Shown one piece after another: positions 13,590 to 26,219 of a DNA stretch of 64,000 nucleotides (within the stretch, counting starts at the first letter, position 1; each line of letters opens with the position of its first letter). The translations under genes were made by a program, and so were the position numbers. Origin of the DNA: Callorhinchus milii (taxonomy: Eukaryota); NCBI RefSeq assembly GCF_018977255.1, contig NW_024704759.1, positions 9,114,001-9,178,000 on the forward strand, read 5' to 3'. The notes under the pieces were generated by a model. That model was not told the DNA's origin. It worked only from the letters and a program-made list of their open reading frames with translations, and did not search any database.

Positions 13590-13830
13590 AGCCTGGACAG
13601 TGAGTGTTGCAAATGTTTTGATGTGAAGTGGCATCACAGACAACACTGATTTATTTTTCGTCAGCTAATTCCAGAGAGTATTTGACACAGAATGGCAACA
13701 ACCAAAGCTTGGTGAGCCCAGAGTGTGCACTGGGGGTACTGCTGAGGTTTAAGATGACCCAGGATTGATCTGTGCGCTCCTCAGAGATCACTGGAGAGCA
13801 ATCAGGAGTAGGATCCTTAGCCAATTCATA
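13590..13830 (-). mobile_element. Older degenerate SINE-like repeat (family not named)
   Basis: gatcactggagagcaatcaggagtaggatcc is the reverse complement of the motif at 45780-45815 (ggtcctgcttctgattgcaatgcagagaccc). Confidence 0.45.
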
Positions 13831-13855
13831 TATTTTTTGAATTTCCTTTCATTGA

Positions 13856-14738
13856 CCAGGAAGCTGTCAGAATATTGCAATTGTAAAGCAGCCGACAACT
13901 GTATTGACGTAAGAGGAGATGAGAGGCATGAGAATTTGTCAATTTGATTCACAGCCTGATTGCTTTATTTGTTTTGAAGCATTTCATTTGAAACAAGGGA
14001 CTTATTGATGTTGTCCCTTGCACACAGCCATTAGCACGCAATGATCATTAATGGCATGTTGCTAAAAAGAGGACTGGGCCTCGACAGAGATGGTAGCTCT
14101 CCCTCCATCCTAACCTAAGGCACACCAGTGATTGAACTTAATCCTTCGCTAGTCTGCTTGTCTCAGAACCATACCGTACAGGGTATTTCTACCATTAGAG
14201 AGTTATACTTGTCATCTACAGAGCTAGTGCTCCATTTCACCAGGGGCGAATCAAGATGTGCAAATGCCTCTGAGTCCTCTTTAGGAGAACCTTTGTACAT
14301 TTTTGATGCTGAAAAATGTGGAGTTTCATCACCGATTCAAAATCACATCGAAGCTGTTACGAAATATTGTATTTTTCACGCACCTCACCTCCCAACTTTC
14401 TTTTCTCACAAAGCAAATTAAGCTTCTTTTATTTATTCAATCAGCCATCCCCCAGCCCACACCAAAAACAAATCCTCATCGTCTTCTCTTGAAGGCAATC
14501 CAATTTTGTTCTCTATTCGTGGTCATTCCTCCTTTTCGCAACTGTACCGTTAATGATGACGGCGTGCAGTGTGCTGGGGGCAATGTCAATAGATCCCTTG
14601 TTTCAAATGAAAAGTTGCAAAACAAATCAAGCAATCAGACTGTGAATCAAATTGACAAATTCTCATGCCTCCTGTCTCTCCTTGCGTCAATACTGTGGCA
14701 ATCAGGAATACTTTTTCAATAATTTGGCATTTTCTTAG
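13856..14738. repeat. Long inverted repeat, arms about 230 nt (13856-14090 / 14510-14738), spacer about 420 nt
   Basis: The reverse complement of 13901-14028 aligns without gaps to 14566-14693 at 109/128, including a perfect 32-bp block (ctgtgaatcaaattgacaaattctcatgcctc). Weaker pairing extends inward and outward. Confidence 0.95.
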
Positions 14739-14874
14739 CTTTTATGTCAACTCAGAAACCCAGCAACCCCCAAGGAAGTTCTCTTTTTTGGCTACAGTAG
14801 CTAAGGTTCAATCCACCAAACAGTGTAAATCTGAACGAGTACAAAGAGCAATAGCCATGCTAAAGGCAACTGCG

Positions 14875-15078
14875 AGGCTTCCTCAACGCAGGAGGTGGTG
14901 GGAATGTAGAACTCACTGCTGCAAGCTGTTGTTGAAGTAAGAAAACATCAATGTATTTAAGAGGAAACTTAATGCATACATGAGAGTTAAGGGAATAGAG
15001 GGGAAGAGGAGAGGGGATTAAAGGCTCGTGTGGAGAATAAACACCAGCATAGACTAGTTGAGCTGCATGGCTCATTTC
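14875..15078 (+). mobile_element. CR1 3' end
   Basis: TQEVVGM*NSLLQAVVE...FKRKLNAYM-like remnant followed by a CR1 3' UTR (gtggagaataaacaccagcatagactagttg). Confidence 0.75.
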
Positions 15079-15330
15079 CGCCTGTTCAGGCGGACATTAA
15101 AGATCTCATGGCAATATTGGAAAAGAAAAGGGCGTTTCTCTTAGTGTCTTGGTTAACAATCCCCAAAATGAAATTGATCACTCACTCCATGTTTTTGTGA
15201 CATTGCTGTGTGAAATCGGCTGCTGTGTTTCACCCACAAAATATACAGTCACTATATTTACGGTATATCCTGTGAAGTTTTTGAGAGGTCTCGACGACGT
15301 GAAAAGGCGCAAATGCAAGGATTATTATAT
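15077..15330 (+). mobile_element. Deu-domain SINE, 5'-truncated
   Basis: ttcaggcggacattaaagatctcatggca...ttgctgtgtgaaatcggctgc...gtgaaaaggcgcaaatgcaaggattatt. Confidence 0.85.
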
Positions 15331-16171
15331 TTCCATAATCACAGCCACATATATATTATAATTAAATGGCTTCTTATGGACTGGAGTTTCAATCTAGCTG
15401 CTGTGTTTCCTTCGATATCTTTTCTGAATATGGCCAAGTACAGTGATGAATTGAAATTCTGTGTCTATTGTGAACTTATACCTTATTCCTTAATGAAACC
15501 AAATACAGCTAAATCTATTTAACATTGCTACTTCTCTTTCACCGCAGCCCCAGTCTGTGTTAGCAACTAGGTCATCCCATCAAACTCTTCCTGCAGCACC
15601 AAAAGGTAAAATTCCATCTTTGAGGAAAGATAAAGGAGTCCCGAAATGTTGATTTCACTAAACCAAACAGAACTGAAAGGATCTCACAGCTACAGCTAAC
15701 AGCAAGCACAACACAACACGGCTCCAACAATCTTGCAATTAAATAATCTCCAGTGGGATGGTAATGACATGTCACTGAAACAAATAGAATAGCAAAATGC
15801 CAAATAGCCCAGCAACGGCACCAACGCAATTATGAATGGGCTCAGCAAGTTATGGGTCTTTAGTTCAATGTCAGGGATGCTTCTGCTGTAAAGAATTGCT
15901 GATAAGGCCCCTGTAGGTTTAGAGTAGTTGCTATATGCTATTATTGTAAACATTTAGATTACAATTTTATATAAAATTGCTCTTCCAAATTGTTCCAAAT
16001 TCTGCAAGCTATTTTGTCAGCTGCCAGCATATAAGTATAGTGCAATGAACATTTTTTTTAATATAGCAATTGTAGTTTAAAATGTTTCTCCCAATTGAAA
16101 ACTTCATAAATTCACATTTAATTTTTTGTTGGCGTTCACAGCCATGTTGGTTATTCTGTACAAAAGGCATT

Positions 16172-16553
16172 NNNNNNNNNNNNNNNNNNNNNNNNNNNNN
16201 NNNNNNNNNNNNNNNNNNNNNNNNNNNNNNNNNNNNNNNNNNNNNNNNNNNNNNNNNNNNNNNNNNNNNNNNNNNNNNNNNNNNNNNNNNNNNNNNNNNN
16301 NNNNNNNNNNNNNNNNNNNNNNNNNNNNNNNNNNNNNNNNNNNNNNNNNNNNNNNNNNNNNNNNNNNNNNNNNNNNNNNNNNNNNNNNNNNNNNNNNNNN
16401 NNNNNNNNNNNNNNNNNNNNNNNNNNNNNNNNNNNNNNNNNNNNNNNNNNNNNNNNNNNNNNNNNNNNNNNNNNNNNNNNNNNNNNNNNNNNNNNNNNNN
16501 NNNNNNNNNNNNNNNNNNNNNNNNNNNNNNNNNNNNNNNNNNNNNNNNNNNNN
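16172..16553. other. Assembly gap (382 N)
   Basis: Run of N. Single Ns also occur at 3885 and 52051. Confidence 1.
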
Positions 16554-16712
16554 CCCATCTCACTCCCAGCTCGGGTTCCCACTTTGTGAAGGGCTTGGGG
16601 ACATTTCACCCACAAAATATATTGTCGCTTCACTTTACAGGATATCCTGTGAAGCGCTTTGAGACGTCTCGACGACGTGATAAGGGACGATATCAAATGC
16701 AAGGATTATTAC
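16554..16712 (+). mobile_element. L2 3' UTR remnant followed by SINE tail
   Basis: cccacaaaatat...gtgaagcgctttgagacgtctcgacgacgtgataaggg...tatcaaatgcaaggattatt. Confidence 0.8.
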
Positions 16713-17129
16713 ATTAGGCACAATAAACATATTAAGCAATGGTAAAATGTACATTAGGAATTCTGAGTTTTAATTAAAAATGTGAAACGGGAGCAGGGAT
16801 TTTCCCTCTCTGCGTTGTTGCTATCATTTATACATTGCTTGGGAGAAGAATACAACTCACAGGCCTTGCAGTGGCAAGGGCACTGTCCTTGACACACAAG
16901 GTTGCCTGCTTCATTTAGCTGAGTAGATTTGAATTGAGATGGCACAAATTCACCCATCTGTTGTCTCTGTGCCTCTCATATTATCGTGCCCTCTCATATC
17001 ATTGTGCTTCCAAATGTACAATCATTTAAGCCAGAGAAAATGAGGTTAAATTTGCCCACGCTGCCAAGATCTCCTACTTGGAAGCGTTGGCCTAATACAC
17101 ATTACTGTTTTATGTATCTAGTTAGATTC

Positions 17130-17382
17130 TACGCCCCTTTACCTCCGGAACTCCTACCTCTTCGACCGTGGCTATGGTTAGGGCAGATAATATTACAATG
17201 ACTAGAACAACAACAACTTGAGCCCTTCACGTAGGAAAATGTCTCAATGTCACAGCTTTCCCCACTCCCCTCTCCCCTGCTTGATATTTGACTCAGACTT
17301 TGTAATTCGCTCCAAGGCATTAACCTACGTGAAGGGTGCAAGTTGTTGTTGTTCTAGCCATTGTGATATTATCTGCCCTAAC
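17130..17382 (+). mobile_element. L2 3' end carrying an inverted duplication of its own tail and flank
   Basis: L2 sequence ctcttcgaccgtggctatgg|tcac is split by an insert. 17177-17235 is the reverse complement of 17324-17382 at 55/59. Confidence 0.85.
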
Positions 17383-18462
17383 TGGGCAAATTTAAGTAAC
17401 AGGCAATCATTGAAACAAACAAGAAAAATACAGGAAGAGAGTTAAGAAGCTGGTCGGTTCAAATCAGAGGGTGTATTCATGAAACACGGGTCCTTTGTTA
17501 GAAATTCCCAAGAGCTTCTTTAACTCCTGCGTGCATACACCTTACCAACATCAAACTGGAGCTCGAACAGAAAAGCATTTATGATTACTCGCGAAACGTT
17601 CCCCCAAGGAAAATTTACGAAGTGTACGAATAACAAAACCGGATGTCGAGGAGATCTGCCAATGTAAACAATGGTGAGAGGGCCTCTGTGTTAGCAACCC
17701 CTTTCATCTGGGGAAACTGGCAATTTTATAGTCTCCCAGTGCCGACACTGCTTCCTGCCTGCCAATAAATAACCTGCTCGTGCAATATGATGCCCTTTGC
17801 ACAAAAACAACGAGTGAAAACACACAAGTCCAAACCATGATAGTCACAGTCACTTCGACAGTATAGGGCAGTTCGTCAGTATAAGGCATGTATTGCAACT
17901 GGAATGCAAACCTTCTAATCTAACAGGTAAAGCACATAACTGAGCATGATTGGTAATTAACTCAAGCAGAACACAAAAGGATTTACTGACGGGTCTGGGG
18001 TATAGCAGTATGGTTTTCTCACGCAGTGTCTGCCAGGATTCTGCTACAGTGCAATAAACAGAGGCAATCATTTTTTTACTGTCTATATAATATTTCATTG
18101 ATTCTCTCAAGATAACAGCCTTTAATGAAACACTTAAAAAGTCCACTTTACGAAGACTTAACATTTTTTATATTGTTCCAATTTGATTACACAACTCTTG
18201 GAATCAAATTTATGGACTCCACCCCCCACATTGTGTCTATATAATATATAATTGTTCTGCAAAGTTTCATGTGTAACCCTAGGCATTATAGTATGTTCAA
18301 TACACAAAATTTACATTCAAAAAGTATTCATCAATCCCAGGTTGCGCATGGTCAATCATTCTCAATTTGTTTAAAAGTACAGGAGAGAGAAATGGCACAT
18401 TATCACTGGTGATAACTGTCGCATCATCCAACATTCGGCCACTGGAAATGCAGACTTTTAAT

Positions 18463-18630
18463 AATATTAATAATAATCCTTGCATAGCACCTTATCATTT
18501 CATTAAGACGTCCCAAAGCACTTCACAGAATATACTGTAAAGTGTGTTGACTGTCCTTCAAGACACGTCTCAAGATCCTCCTCTTTGACAGTGCCTTTGG
18601 CCACCTTCCCTTGCCCTCCATCCATCCTGA
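18463..18630. mobile_element. SINE tail (minus, 18463-18555) abutting an L2 C-terminal fragment (plus, 18558-18630)
   Basis: gacgtcccaaagcacttcacag (minus tail), then ttcaagacacgtctcaagatcctcctctttgacagtgcctttggccac (FKTRLKILLFDSAFGH). Confidence 0.75.
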
Positions 18631-20439
18631 TCAGTTGTATCATTTGGGAACCAAATTTCTGATTGGGCTTCATCCTATTGAGATTTTGAGCTCCTTTACT
18701 GTCTACAAAGAGAGTTATGAGTGTGTTGCACATCTTTGCACATCAGATATACGATGAAATAGACATAATCCTGATAGACATCACAAATGGCTCCATCGAA
18801 ATGTCGGGGATATGGACTCCACAAAATGTGTAATTATACCCTAGTCAATAATTTGGAGGGCAAAGTACCTCTGACTGAATTGAGGTACTGGAGAAAGGAA
18901 ATAGGTGAGGGGGAAAAATGCAGCAACGTTGCAAATCCTGTTGTGATAACCCAGAAACAAAACAGCCGTGTTGTGACAATTTAAAGCTGACACAAACTAA
19001 CTGAAGATGCTGAAGTGCTTGACGTGATTGGTTTTACTAAGTGTAATAGGTTTGCCCCTAGATCCACTGCCCTAGAAATTAATCAAGTGACCAATTACGT
19101 AGACAGAAGTTGCCTATGGGAGACTACCCAGAGCGATAGTGTTGCAATTCCTGTTTTCCTGATAAAGAAAAAATGTCAACGCAGCACAAGATAAGGGACA
19201 AAAAGAAGAGCTGAAGTCTGAAACAATTGGATTAGTATAAATAAGTGTGTCTAATTTAACAACATTAGCCTTGGCCTGAATGAGATAGAAATCTACTATT
19301 GGCTGTAACTATTGTATACATAAATCTGTGTATATTTAGACATCATACTGACTATCTTCTTGAAAAAAGCCACTGCCAATTCGTTTGGATCTGATGACAT
19401 TTCAACAAGGTGTTTTGCGGAAATAAAAGAAATCTATTCATTTAATTATTCAAACCTGGTTTATTTCATAACTAATGTGCAAGCAAATCTAGTATTATAG
19501 TGCTATGTTGAAAAGAAATCCTTACTATATTTCCATTGGCAAAGGTTACTTAGATGTTGACACTGAAAAATAAAGTAGCTAAGGGATAAATTGTGATTGG
19601 TGAGAATTGAAGGGAGCAGTCTGACAGATATACTTGTCTAACAGAAAACTTTAATTCCCATGGATATTATTCATGAACAGAAAGATTAGGTGAGATGAGC
19701 GAGATGTTCGGACCAGAAACACAAAAATGCCTGGCATTCAATTACTGTTAGTTACCATTGGGTATTGAGGAAAGGAGAGAGTCTTGAAGAGATGCACTCT
19801 GTAAACTACCTTGATTATTCTTTGCCTACATTCACCCAATATTTTTAAAAAGTATTATTGGAATGTGGCTGTGTTGCTCTCTTTTGCGCAATTTTTATTC
19901 CTGGTCGTGTGCGGATTGCGGCCCGTGTTCTGAATATGTGGGCAAAATTAAAATCTTTCACTGGAGCTGACTCCAATACAATTGGAGAGACTGTAATTTC
20001 ACAAGTGGTTAGACTGAACCTCGCCAGTTTGGGGACAGTAATGTCAGAGAGTAGAGTCTGCCTACTGGATAAACCAACAGTAGGTAACTAGGGAAACAAT
20101 ATAAGTGTCTATGGAGAGCTCTGGAGTACACATTTAACGTCATGCAGGCTCACAACTGCATCTATTGAAGGTCCCAGAATGTAAGTCTGTAATACTTTCA
20201 TACAGTGCAGTTCTAGCTGTAGAGAAAATTAGAGATTAAAAATGACAGACTCAAATAGAGAGAGACAGAAAGACATGGACAGAGAATGATAACCGTGGCA
20301 AGGTATGTTACTACAGTGAGATAACAAATAACTTTAATGGTCCTTACATTGGAATCATTTTAAAACTTGAGGCTGCATTGAAGACAGTATGGGTGAAAGA
20401 TAACAACTTGCAATGCGGGAATGTTCTTTGGAGATTCTG

Positions 20440-20800
20440 AGAAGAGATATAGTCTCTGTAATTTGCTAGGCGAAAGGTCTATCCAGTTCAATTTCCACCA
20501 TCCTGGCAGTTGCATGCATTGTCCCAAACTATATATTGTGTCCAAAGATATTATATCTATCTATTTGATTCTTGAAAGAATCAACACTTTCTGCCTTCAC
20601 CGTCTCCCCAGAGAGTCTATTCCATATGTTTACTACTCGCTCACTGAAGTGAGCACTGTGTTTCCGCTGATTCATTTTGAATTTACCCCCCTTCGATCGC
20701 TGGCTGCGTCCTCTGGTTCTACTGTTCAGTACAAGATAAAACAGCTTATCATGGTGTACATTATCTAGTCCCTTTAGAATCTTAAAGATAGGTATTCTGA
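20440..20800 (-). mobile_element. CR1 3' fragment
   Basis: cttcaccgtctccccagagagtctattccatatgtttactactcgc is the reverse complement of a RVVNIWNRLSGETVK-type CR1 C-terminus. Confidence 0.65.
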
Positions 20801-23154
20801 TGCTTTACCTGATTTAGTTTGAGGAGGAACAGGAATGAAGTTTGCAGAACTTTCCTCGAGAGAAGAATTGCGCTGGGTAAAGTTCAGAAGAGAGCAGAAT
20901 GTATGGGATGGGTTGATAGCCTGAATGGCTTTTTCTTGTTGCATGCTTTCATATATATTTTTTTGATGAAAGATTTATGACAGATCAGTAGTAATGAACA
21001 AAAAGCTGATAGCCTCCTTCAAGGATGGATTGGAATAATTCACAAGAAGATATCACCAACATTAAGCCTGCAGTATAGCAGCCAGAATATTAATGCATCA
21101 GCAGGGTCTTTGATGCATATGTGCCAGAGGAATAGTGGTTTCAACATGGAGGGATTGAATCAGAAGGGATTACATATCTAACGGAGATGTTGTTTTGCTG
21201 GAAGTAGTTGGGACTATAGTAAGCTGGATGTTTGATGAATGCCCTGGAACACCTGCCCACTTTTTGCTCAGGCCACCGCAATCCATATTTATTTCCCCAA
21301 TTATCTGTGTACAACATTTTAAAAGTATGAACTTACTGTCAATTTGGATTTAATCAGAATTGATGGTCTTAGAGCAAATAGAAACAACTCGGGCAGATTT
21401 ACTGAGGGACACTTTAGAGCTAAAAATAATAATTTGCATTCTCAGTGGTAGCTTTATTCTTTGTGTAGTCACTTCCTGACCCAAAGGAAAAGAACGCTGG
21501 TTTGAGTTATTCAGCACGTCAAGTGCCAGATTGATTATCAACCATATCTACAGTATTTTGCTTAGCAAAACCTTATTTCAATAGAGGTAACGCTACAAAG
21601 TGTTGAAACAAGCAAAGGAGCAACACTTTGCTGAAATAATTGCTGCACAAATAATTGCTGTGTCTTTACTTTGAGTTAATTGACATGCATTAAAGAAAAA
21701 AAATGTGGTTCAGTGATTTAAAGCCATAAAACAGTCACTACACATCATGGTAATAAAGCGCTTTGCAACAATTTCAACGTTCCATGAGCTACAGAAATGC
21801 AACCAATGCAAATACACAGTTACTGCACTTTGCAGTAAATCCTGTGAAGCATTTTGAAACCATTCAACTGCTCACTATGTCAAGCGCAAAGATTATAATT
21901 ATAACTCCTTCAGATATATCTAAATTCTATCTTTCCATTGGTAAAATAATTTGTTACAGTAATTTGATAGAATTATTTTCTGAATAATCTGCCAGAATAA
22001 AACTGCCGCTGGAACAATTATTTTGTTAGGGATCTGAGCAAAATATCATCTTTTTACTGTTTTAAGTATGGCTGCTTTTGAGAGGAGAGGGTTAAGGACT
22101 GCATCATGTGTTTTTCGGCTGTATTTCAATTATCTCTATTAAAATATTGATTTTTTTTTCCATTTTTTGAACTTCATTGTTGCAGGGGAAAGAATTCTGA
22201 CGATATATAAAAAATTAAACCAAAAATGTAGACGTCTGGAGACTTCCATTCACAATGAATCATCCGAAAAAAAAGGTCTGCAATGGCTGCAACCAAAATT
22301 GTTTAGGAAGGAAAATCTTCAGCTCAGTTTCTTCCCAAGAGTTTATTTTTTTTAGTCACAAAACATCACTACCATCACTGGAAGTTTTAAAGCCTGAGGG
22401 AAAAAGAAGATCGGGGTTATTAAGGTTTATTTATCCTGGAATAAGACAAGAATTCAGATCGAAACATGCTAAGGGAGCTTTAGATGCCAGTTTTGTGCTC
22501 TAGCTCTCACCAGCTTCTCCAACTGAAGGCGGCAAAGTGCTATTAACTGCACTAGGTCATTCCTCTGACATGCAGGGGAGAAATTAACAGCTGTCATCGA
22601 ATGATGAGTTAACTTCATAATGGTATAATGGCACTGACAAAACAATTAGCATTCACAGGAAATAGATAATGAAAATTCCATGCTGAGTTATAGCGAGGCG
22701 TCTGACTTCAAGAAAAAACAGGAATAAAATGTGGGTGGGTGAATTCAGAATGGGTTGCAAAATAATTTGATTGTCATCCTAGCCGCCTGTTGCCAAATTG
22801 AACAAGTAGATCAAACAGGTCAGTGCATCAAAATCCATAACGTCAATAGCAGCAAGCGCTTAAGGAAGCTTCTAACCATCTGGAACGTTTTTTTTTAAAC
22901 AAAGAAACGTGACAGTTAAAAAATAAAAGATCGTGTTTAACATTTGAAGATTTTTTTCTTATTTTTTTTGCTTGATTTTTCTTTTAGCGTCCGGTCGTTT
23001 TAAATCATCGATCTTCAGTAATAAGGACTGCTGACAAATTCCTGATCCAGCCAACTTGGTGTGAGGAAAGTATGTAGAGCTCACAGTAAACGTGGATGAT
23101 AAAGGGAAGTCCAAGTATTGAAAGGCTACTGGGCAATCGCATACATCAAAGCAA

Positions 23155-23430
23155 CAAATTACACTTGTGTCACACCCTTCACATCGGAAAAATGTCCCAA
23201 GGGGCTGATCAGTCAGATGTTTTTGGATCTGAGATGGGAGTTGGGGTCAGGAGGGGTGGAGTGCAAGGAGCTAGGAGGGTGGCCAAATGCACGGTCCAAG
23301 AGAAAGGTCTTTAGACGCGACTTGAAGGAGGCAAGAGAGGGGTGTGAGGCAGAGGAATTGCGGGATAGAGGTCCAGAGTGTGGGGACAGAGATGCTGAAT
23401 GCCTGACTGCCAAAGGTGGTTGGGCATACT
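23155..23430 (-). mobile_element. L2 3' end
   Basis: Minus strand gives GSQAFSISVPTLW and PSLASFKSRLKTFLLDRAFGH. Tail lies near 23155-23205. Confidence 0.85.
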
Positions 23431-23449
23431 CCATGCTCCTTTGAGAAAT

Positions 23450-23562
23450 GGATATACGCCTATTAATAGACAGTCACTACACTTGGCTAAAAATTTGTGA
23501 AGCACTTTGAGACGTCTCAACAACATAATAAGGCTCTATATCAAATGCAAAGATGATGTTGT
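23450..23562 (+). mobile_element. SINE tail
   Basis: cagtcactacactt...tgtgaagcactttgagacgtctc...ctatatcaaatgcaaag. Confidence 0.75.
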
Positions 23563-23675
23563 GACAGGAAGGCAAATAGATTGTTCTTCATCAAAAGAGG
23601 CTGTAACGAAGAGTCGATAAGGATTTAGAAGCAGTTGATAATATTTCAGAAATCGATCAAAATTTCATGAAGATA

Positions 23676-23860
23676 TTAATAATAATAATAATCTTGCATT
23701 TTATATTGCGCTTTATCACATCTTCAAAACGTCTCAAAGCACTTCACAGAAAACACCGTAAAGTGAATTGGATGTATATTTTGTGGGTGACTGCGTGTTT
23801 TGTGAGCAAAACGTGGCAGCCGATTGCGCACAGCAGCGTCCAACAAACAGTCGTGGATTG
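23676..23860 (-). mobile_element. SINE 3' part
   Basis: (aat)n cttgcatttt...acgtctcaaagcacttcacag...ggcagccgattgcgcacagcagcg. Confidence 0.85.
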
Positions 23861-26219
23861 AGTGACACATGATTATTATTATTCTTTTGGTGGTATTATT
23901 ACTACCGGAATGTGATCCACCAATTGACTAACAAGCAGATTCCTACTTACTGTTAGGTAAACAGAGGCGTGTGTGTGGATATAACGGAAATTAACCCACG
24001 AGGAGCCGAGCGTGTACAATGGCACCCTCTGCCTGTGTCAGGATCACTGGAGGAATTGCTGTTAGTAAAGAGTGTTCCGTGTAAGAGTTTGCACAGTTAC
24101 AGATAAAGCAATAGCAAATTAATCTCTCACAAAATACCCCCAAAGGTAACGACAATCCTTTTAAAAGATTAACAGGTACGGATAAATGGAAGTGGTTCCA
24201 TTTTGCAATCCAGTTGTCAGATTATGTTTGTTTCGGTTAATTTTGCAGTTATGAATTAAAGCAGACAATGTAATGATGTTTTTACCATTCACAGCAGGTC
24301 TGTTTTGGGCACTTCTTAATAGAAATCAGAGTATGGGGCGTGGGTGTAGAGGCTCCTTCCAGTAATCAGAGATGTCACACAAGTCACGCTGACTCAAGGG
24401 AATTCCTCACCAAAACTAAATTGAGGGGGAGGATTCCTGCAAAATGGCAACGTAGAGGTCAGTAAGACATTCTGTAAAATTGATCCCATTTATGTATTTC
24501 TTAAATCGGATAAATGTGTGTGATTGGTTTTATAGTAATCACCAGTTAAATGATGGATTCACTCAATGAATAGCATCCTTTATATTATCCGTTTAACCTT
24601 CAAAGCCCCTGTATCTGCATTGGGGCTTAGTGGTGCCAATGAGCTTAGAGTCCTTCAGTCATTACCCTTTCCCTTTGGGACCCAGATTTTGGATCCAAGC
24701 CAGAGTAAGGAGATGAAGGATTCCTCTCACCCCATCTGTTAAAGATCAAAGTTAAATCGACAGTCTCAGCCTCTTCTCTGGTTATTATCAGTGTACAGTG
24801 TAAATGTCCCTGAATGTAGCACCTCATTTGTCAGTTTCAGTTCTGAGAGACTTGGGATTAGGAGCAGGGAGAGCAATGTCACCGGTAGTGCACTGGTGAT
24901 GAGGCTGATTTGCCATCTAACCGAAGCAAAATCGAAGCTGAGCATTTCACCTGTGCTTTAGAATACCAAACATATAAATGTTCTGATGTAAGCATCTAAC
25001 TGGGGAGCTCAATCATTTTGACCTGAAAGCAGAAGGCTCTGGATTTGCATTCTGGTAGATAGACTCACTGCTTTACTTTTTCGTAGTGATACAAATAAAT
25101 ATTGTGTCTTAAAAACTATTGTCCTTTTGGGAGAGGTAAGCAAGAGCACCTTGGTATTTTCTGGCCAACAAAGCAATAATCCAGAATTAGCAAAGATGCC
25201 ATTCACCGGTCAGCCTGGTCATCGATGAGATTTGGAAGTGTTGACATAAGGCAAAATCCTAACAGCTTGAGAGATGCCAAGTGTAAATACATACAGCGCT
25301 GCACAGTTCCAGTTTATTTTTTTAATTTATGTGCTCAGCTTCTATCAATGTCGTTACCTTCAGTGCTGAAATTAATGCTACCAGAAGCAACGAAAATAAT
25401 ACCAATCTATGCATTTGATGTACCGTCTTTCACTTTTGGGAGGACGTCTCGAAGTGCTTTCCTAGATGTAGTGTAAAATGTAGTGACTGGTGTATTCTGT
25501 AGGCAAACGTGACTTTGATTTTGGTGTGAGCTATTCATTGTAAGTTAGCACCTACAATAAAGCTGCTTCCATCCATCCACAATGTAAAAAAGCCTGTTTA
25601 CCATTTCCTCTCCCGTTCCATCACTGGAATTCCAAATAACCACATTGCTGTTGCCCAGACATTGGAGGAACAATTCTCCATATATTTTAGGAAACAAAAC
25701 GTAAACTTGTATTGATTTGAAATGGAGAATTAACATATGTCCATATGAAGCCAAGCAATGCAATTTGGAATTGTTTGGAAAGCACTAGTTGAATGGATAA
25801 TTTGCTTCCGAAAGATCCTTTCCAAAATCAGCACAATGTAATCCATTGAGCGACCTGAGCTGCAGCAGATTTATTAATTGAATAATATTAACTAAACACG
25901 AAAGAATAAATAAAACATGAAAATAATTCAGAGTGGATTGAAGAAACAATTGCAATAGGGGTTAGTTTGTTATGAAAGATGGTCTGGAAATGCGGACATT
26001 TTAAGATCCTCCCTGCTCGAACTTACGTTCTTTTTCTTCTGCTATGACAGGCAATGACATGGGTCTGAACAGAGATTTTGTGCTCCACGCACAGCCTGTA
26101 TGAGACAGGAGCTCCCCTTTCTGGCATTATTTAATGCATTTTCTTTTTACTGATAATCCCAGGAACACAAACCCTATAAAATCTGCAAACATTGAAACTA
26201 TCCTGTTATTTGGTTGTTC

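Noticed and set aside
14303-14722. 139-aa ORF overlapping the right arm of the long inverted repeat
   Set aside because: No known domain, and the equivalent frame in the other arm contains stops, arguing against coding constraint.
16009-16717. Four long ORFs (178-211 aa)
   Set aside because: Artefacts of translating through the N gap.
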